From positions 24,242,001-24,306,000 of the forward strand of contig CM069135.1 of NCBI GenBank assembly GCA_035221665.1: a DNA stretch of 64,000 bases, read 5' to 3'. Under the pieces are notes generated by a model. It saw nothing but the letters and a program-made list of their open reading frames with translations, was not told the origin of the DNA and made no database searches. Source of the DNA: Okamejei kenojei. Lineage: Eukaryota. Positions 61,916-64,000 of the stretch are shown here, in pieces. Position 1 is the first letter of the stretch. Every line of letters begins with the position of its first letter. The translations under genes were made by a program, and so were the position numbers.

Positions 61916-62905
61916 CTAGACTGTGGGACTCGTTGGGTCCCTGTCACACGGGAGGCCTGGTCCCCCAACGCAACCCGTTCCCCAACGCAATATTCCACCA
62001 CTCACCCGTTCCCCTCCCTCGCCAGCAGGTAGACAGCGGGGCTCAGTACTGCCGCCCCGCCCCCCCCCCCCCATCTCCCTCTACCACCCCATCTCCTCCC
62101 GATTTCCCTCATCCTCCTCTCCTCACCCCCATTCCCTGCCCCAGCACCTACCCATGCCGTAGAGCAACGCCAGGGCCTGGAACTCAGCCTAGTTCTCGTA
62201 CTTGGCCCGGCCCTGGCTATAGGCAGCCGAAGCACTCACGGACCTGGGCCTCAATGGAGCCGGGCTCGTTGTGCCGGGGGCGGGGTGAGGGTGGCAGGCG
62301 ACCGAGCCAGAGCTGCCCGCAGAGCAGGAAGCGGAAGCTGTGCTGCAGGATAGCGGCGGCCGGGCGGCCCTCGAGGCACTGGTACACCTTGACCAGGCCC
62401 CAGGCTTGGGCACGACTCCAGCCTTCAGCTCGGCCGCCGCCTGGGTTCCAGTCCAGGCCCCGACTTGACGCCGGACCCAGGCTCGTCCTTGGTTCCAGCC
62501 CAGGCCCAGTCTCAGTCCCCGGGCTCGTCCTTGGCCCCAGTCCAGGTCCGGGCCCAGTCCCCGGGCTCGGCCCGCAGCACCACCATCCCCACCGGGTACT
62601 GTGCGGCGGCACGCCTCGGCCGGCGGCACCACTCCTTCACCATGGCGACCTCCAGCCGATTGACTGCGGACGCGGCCAATCAGTGCGCCGATGGTGCCAG
62701 AAAGGGGCATCGCCGTCCCGACAAGAGAGGAGACCAAACTGCGTGGCGGCGACTGACAGCAATCTGTGCATCACAGGAGAACGGTGAGTAAGCTGGTGAA
62801 AAATTGTAGTGCTCTCCATACCGTTTTTGAGCAAATAGAAAAACCACACAAACAGGAATAGCACAAGATCAGAATTTTACAGATAGACAGATAGACAGAT
62901 AGATA
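61916..62905 (-). mobile_element. Non-autonomous Helitron with GC-rich internal cargo
   Basis: Minus-strand 3' end: hairpin GGGACCC AAC GAGTCCC, then ACAGT CTAG|T; 5' end in a (TCTA/TCTG)n tract that supplies TC; the same 3' terminus occurs alone at 15561-15590. Confidence 0.75.
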
Positions 62906-63611
62906 GAAAGAAAGCTTCTTCCAAGTTACAATATAATTTCTTCCAAGTTACCAACTCTTGTGTTAAAGCAGAGGTTTGTGCAAGCAGCAATCACATAGCT
63001 GCAGTTTGTAATAATAAACTGAAAAAAAGAGAAGGGACAGAGCAGTGTTCAGCACAGTGAGTGGACTGTTAGTTTTAAAGGATTGCTCAATTGGGATGCT
63101 TTTATTAAATTAAGGCATTCCAAGAAAAAAATGAAATCAAAATAGAAGACTCCAAAAAAAGGCAAAGACAAAGCTAGAGATAAAAGAGAGCCTACAGCTT
63201 GGTTTATCTGTTCAGTACATTTTGGGTGGCCTAAAGCTCAAACAGATTGGGGGAAACTGTAATGTAAAAGTAATTGCTTGAAGATCTCTTCAACCTTCAA
63301 TTTGACAAAATATAATGTTCAGACAGTGAAATTCACCAGAGAAACATGCCAAAAGGGTTGGGAAAGCAGAACATGTTTAGGATTATCCCTTGAACTGTCA
63401 CCTTATCCACACATGCATGTGTTAAGTGACTTGCCTATCTCATATGTGGCAATTGCCATGGGTCGCAGCTCCCTCCCCAATTCCTGCTCCTAACCTGGTG
63501 AATTCTGGCAGATGATCAACGACAAACATTAAACTTCAACCAATCTTTGGATTTTCCTCAAATTGAGAGTTAATCTCAGTAAATACCATCTTTCTAACCA
63601 AACTCTGTCTA

Positions 63612-63747
63612 TACTGTCACTTGTCGTATCCTGGATCCATTGAAATCTGCATTGAAGGCTAATTGGCACATGTCCTATCCTGGATCCATGGAAATCTGCA
63701 TTGAAGTCAATACTGGCACTTGTGCCATCCTGGTTCCATTGAAATCT
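63612..63747. repeat. Degenerate tandem repeat, 49-50 bp unit, about 2.7 copies
   Basis: ATCCTGGATCCATTGAAATCT recurs, with one substitution each in the later copies, at 63628, 63677 and 63727. Confidence 0.85.
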
Positions 63748-64000
63748 TGGCAACAATCTTACATTGGCACTAAATACAATCTAGCACCATTCCACCTCTG
63801 TAGCAATCTATTTGCGTACTAATCCCATCCGAACTCTAAACCACTCGGCATAATTCAACCACAGCACCAATCTCACCTCACGAATCTCTGCAAACGCGCT
63901 CAGTATAAAACCTAGCCTGTACCAGTCTCACCTTCCACTAATTGCATCTTGACCAGGCACCAATTTCCATTAATCACTATAAATCCGACTTTGGCACCAA

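Noticed and set aside
61897-62787. 296-aa Pro/Gly-rich ORF
   Set aside because: It crosses the Helitron terminus, and GC-rich sequence is open in several frames at once.
37200-64000. URB2 or other syntenic neighbour exons
   Set aside because: No recognisable peptide match in the ORF track or in the segments translated manually.

Overview
Eukaryotic, repeat-dense vertebrate DNA. The mix of CR1, V-SINE, DeuSINE and Penelope repeats suggests a cartilaginous fish, probably a skate or ray (inference). The only confidently recognised host gene is GALNT2: CpG-island promoter and coding exon 1 on the minus strand (36835-36930), with positions 1-36834 most likely its intron 1. Nearly all long ORFs belong to retroelements: two long, near-identical CR1 LINEs, other CR1 fragments including one nested inside another, Rex1/Babar, RTE and Penelope remnants. 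There are also several non-autonomous DNA transposons (Harbinger-like MITEs, a hAT-like element, a Helitron with GC-rich cargo). Most notable: (1) a ~150-bp TSD-flanked, non-tRNA retroposon family whose first 54 nt fold exactly into a minimal HDV-like self-cleaving ribozyme starting at the element's 5' end; (2) Penelope-derived mini-elements with hammerhead cores; (3) a GC-rich SINE-like family with three structurally conserved hairpins and a Rex1-type tail; (4) collinear decayed exon-like fragments resembling an SLC22/MFS transporter upstream of GALNT2. No database searches or folding software were run; all family calls are by motif recognition, and repeat boundaries are approximate unless a TSD is given.
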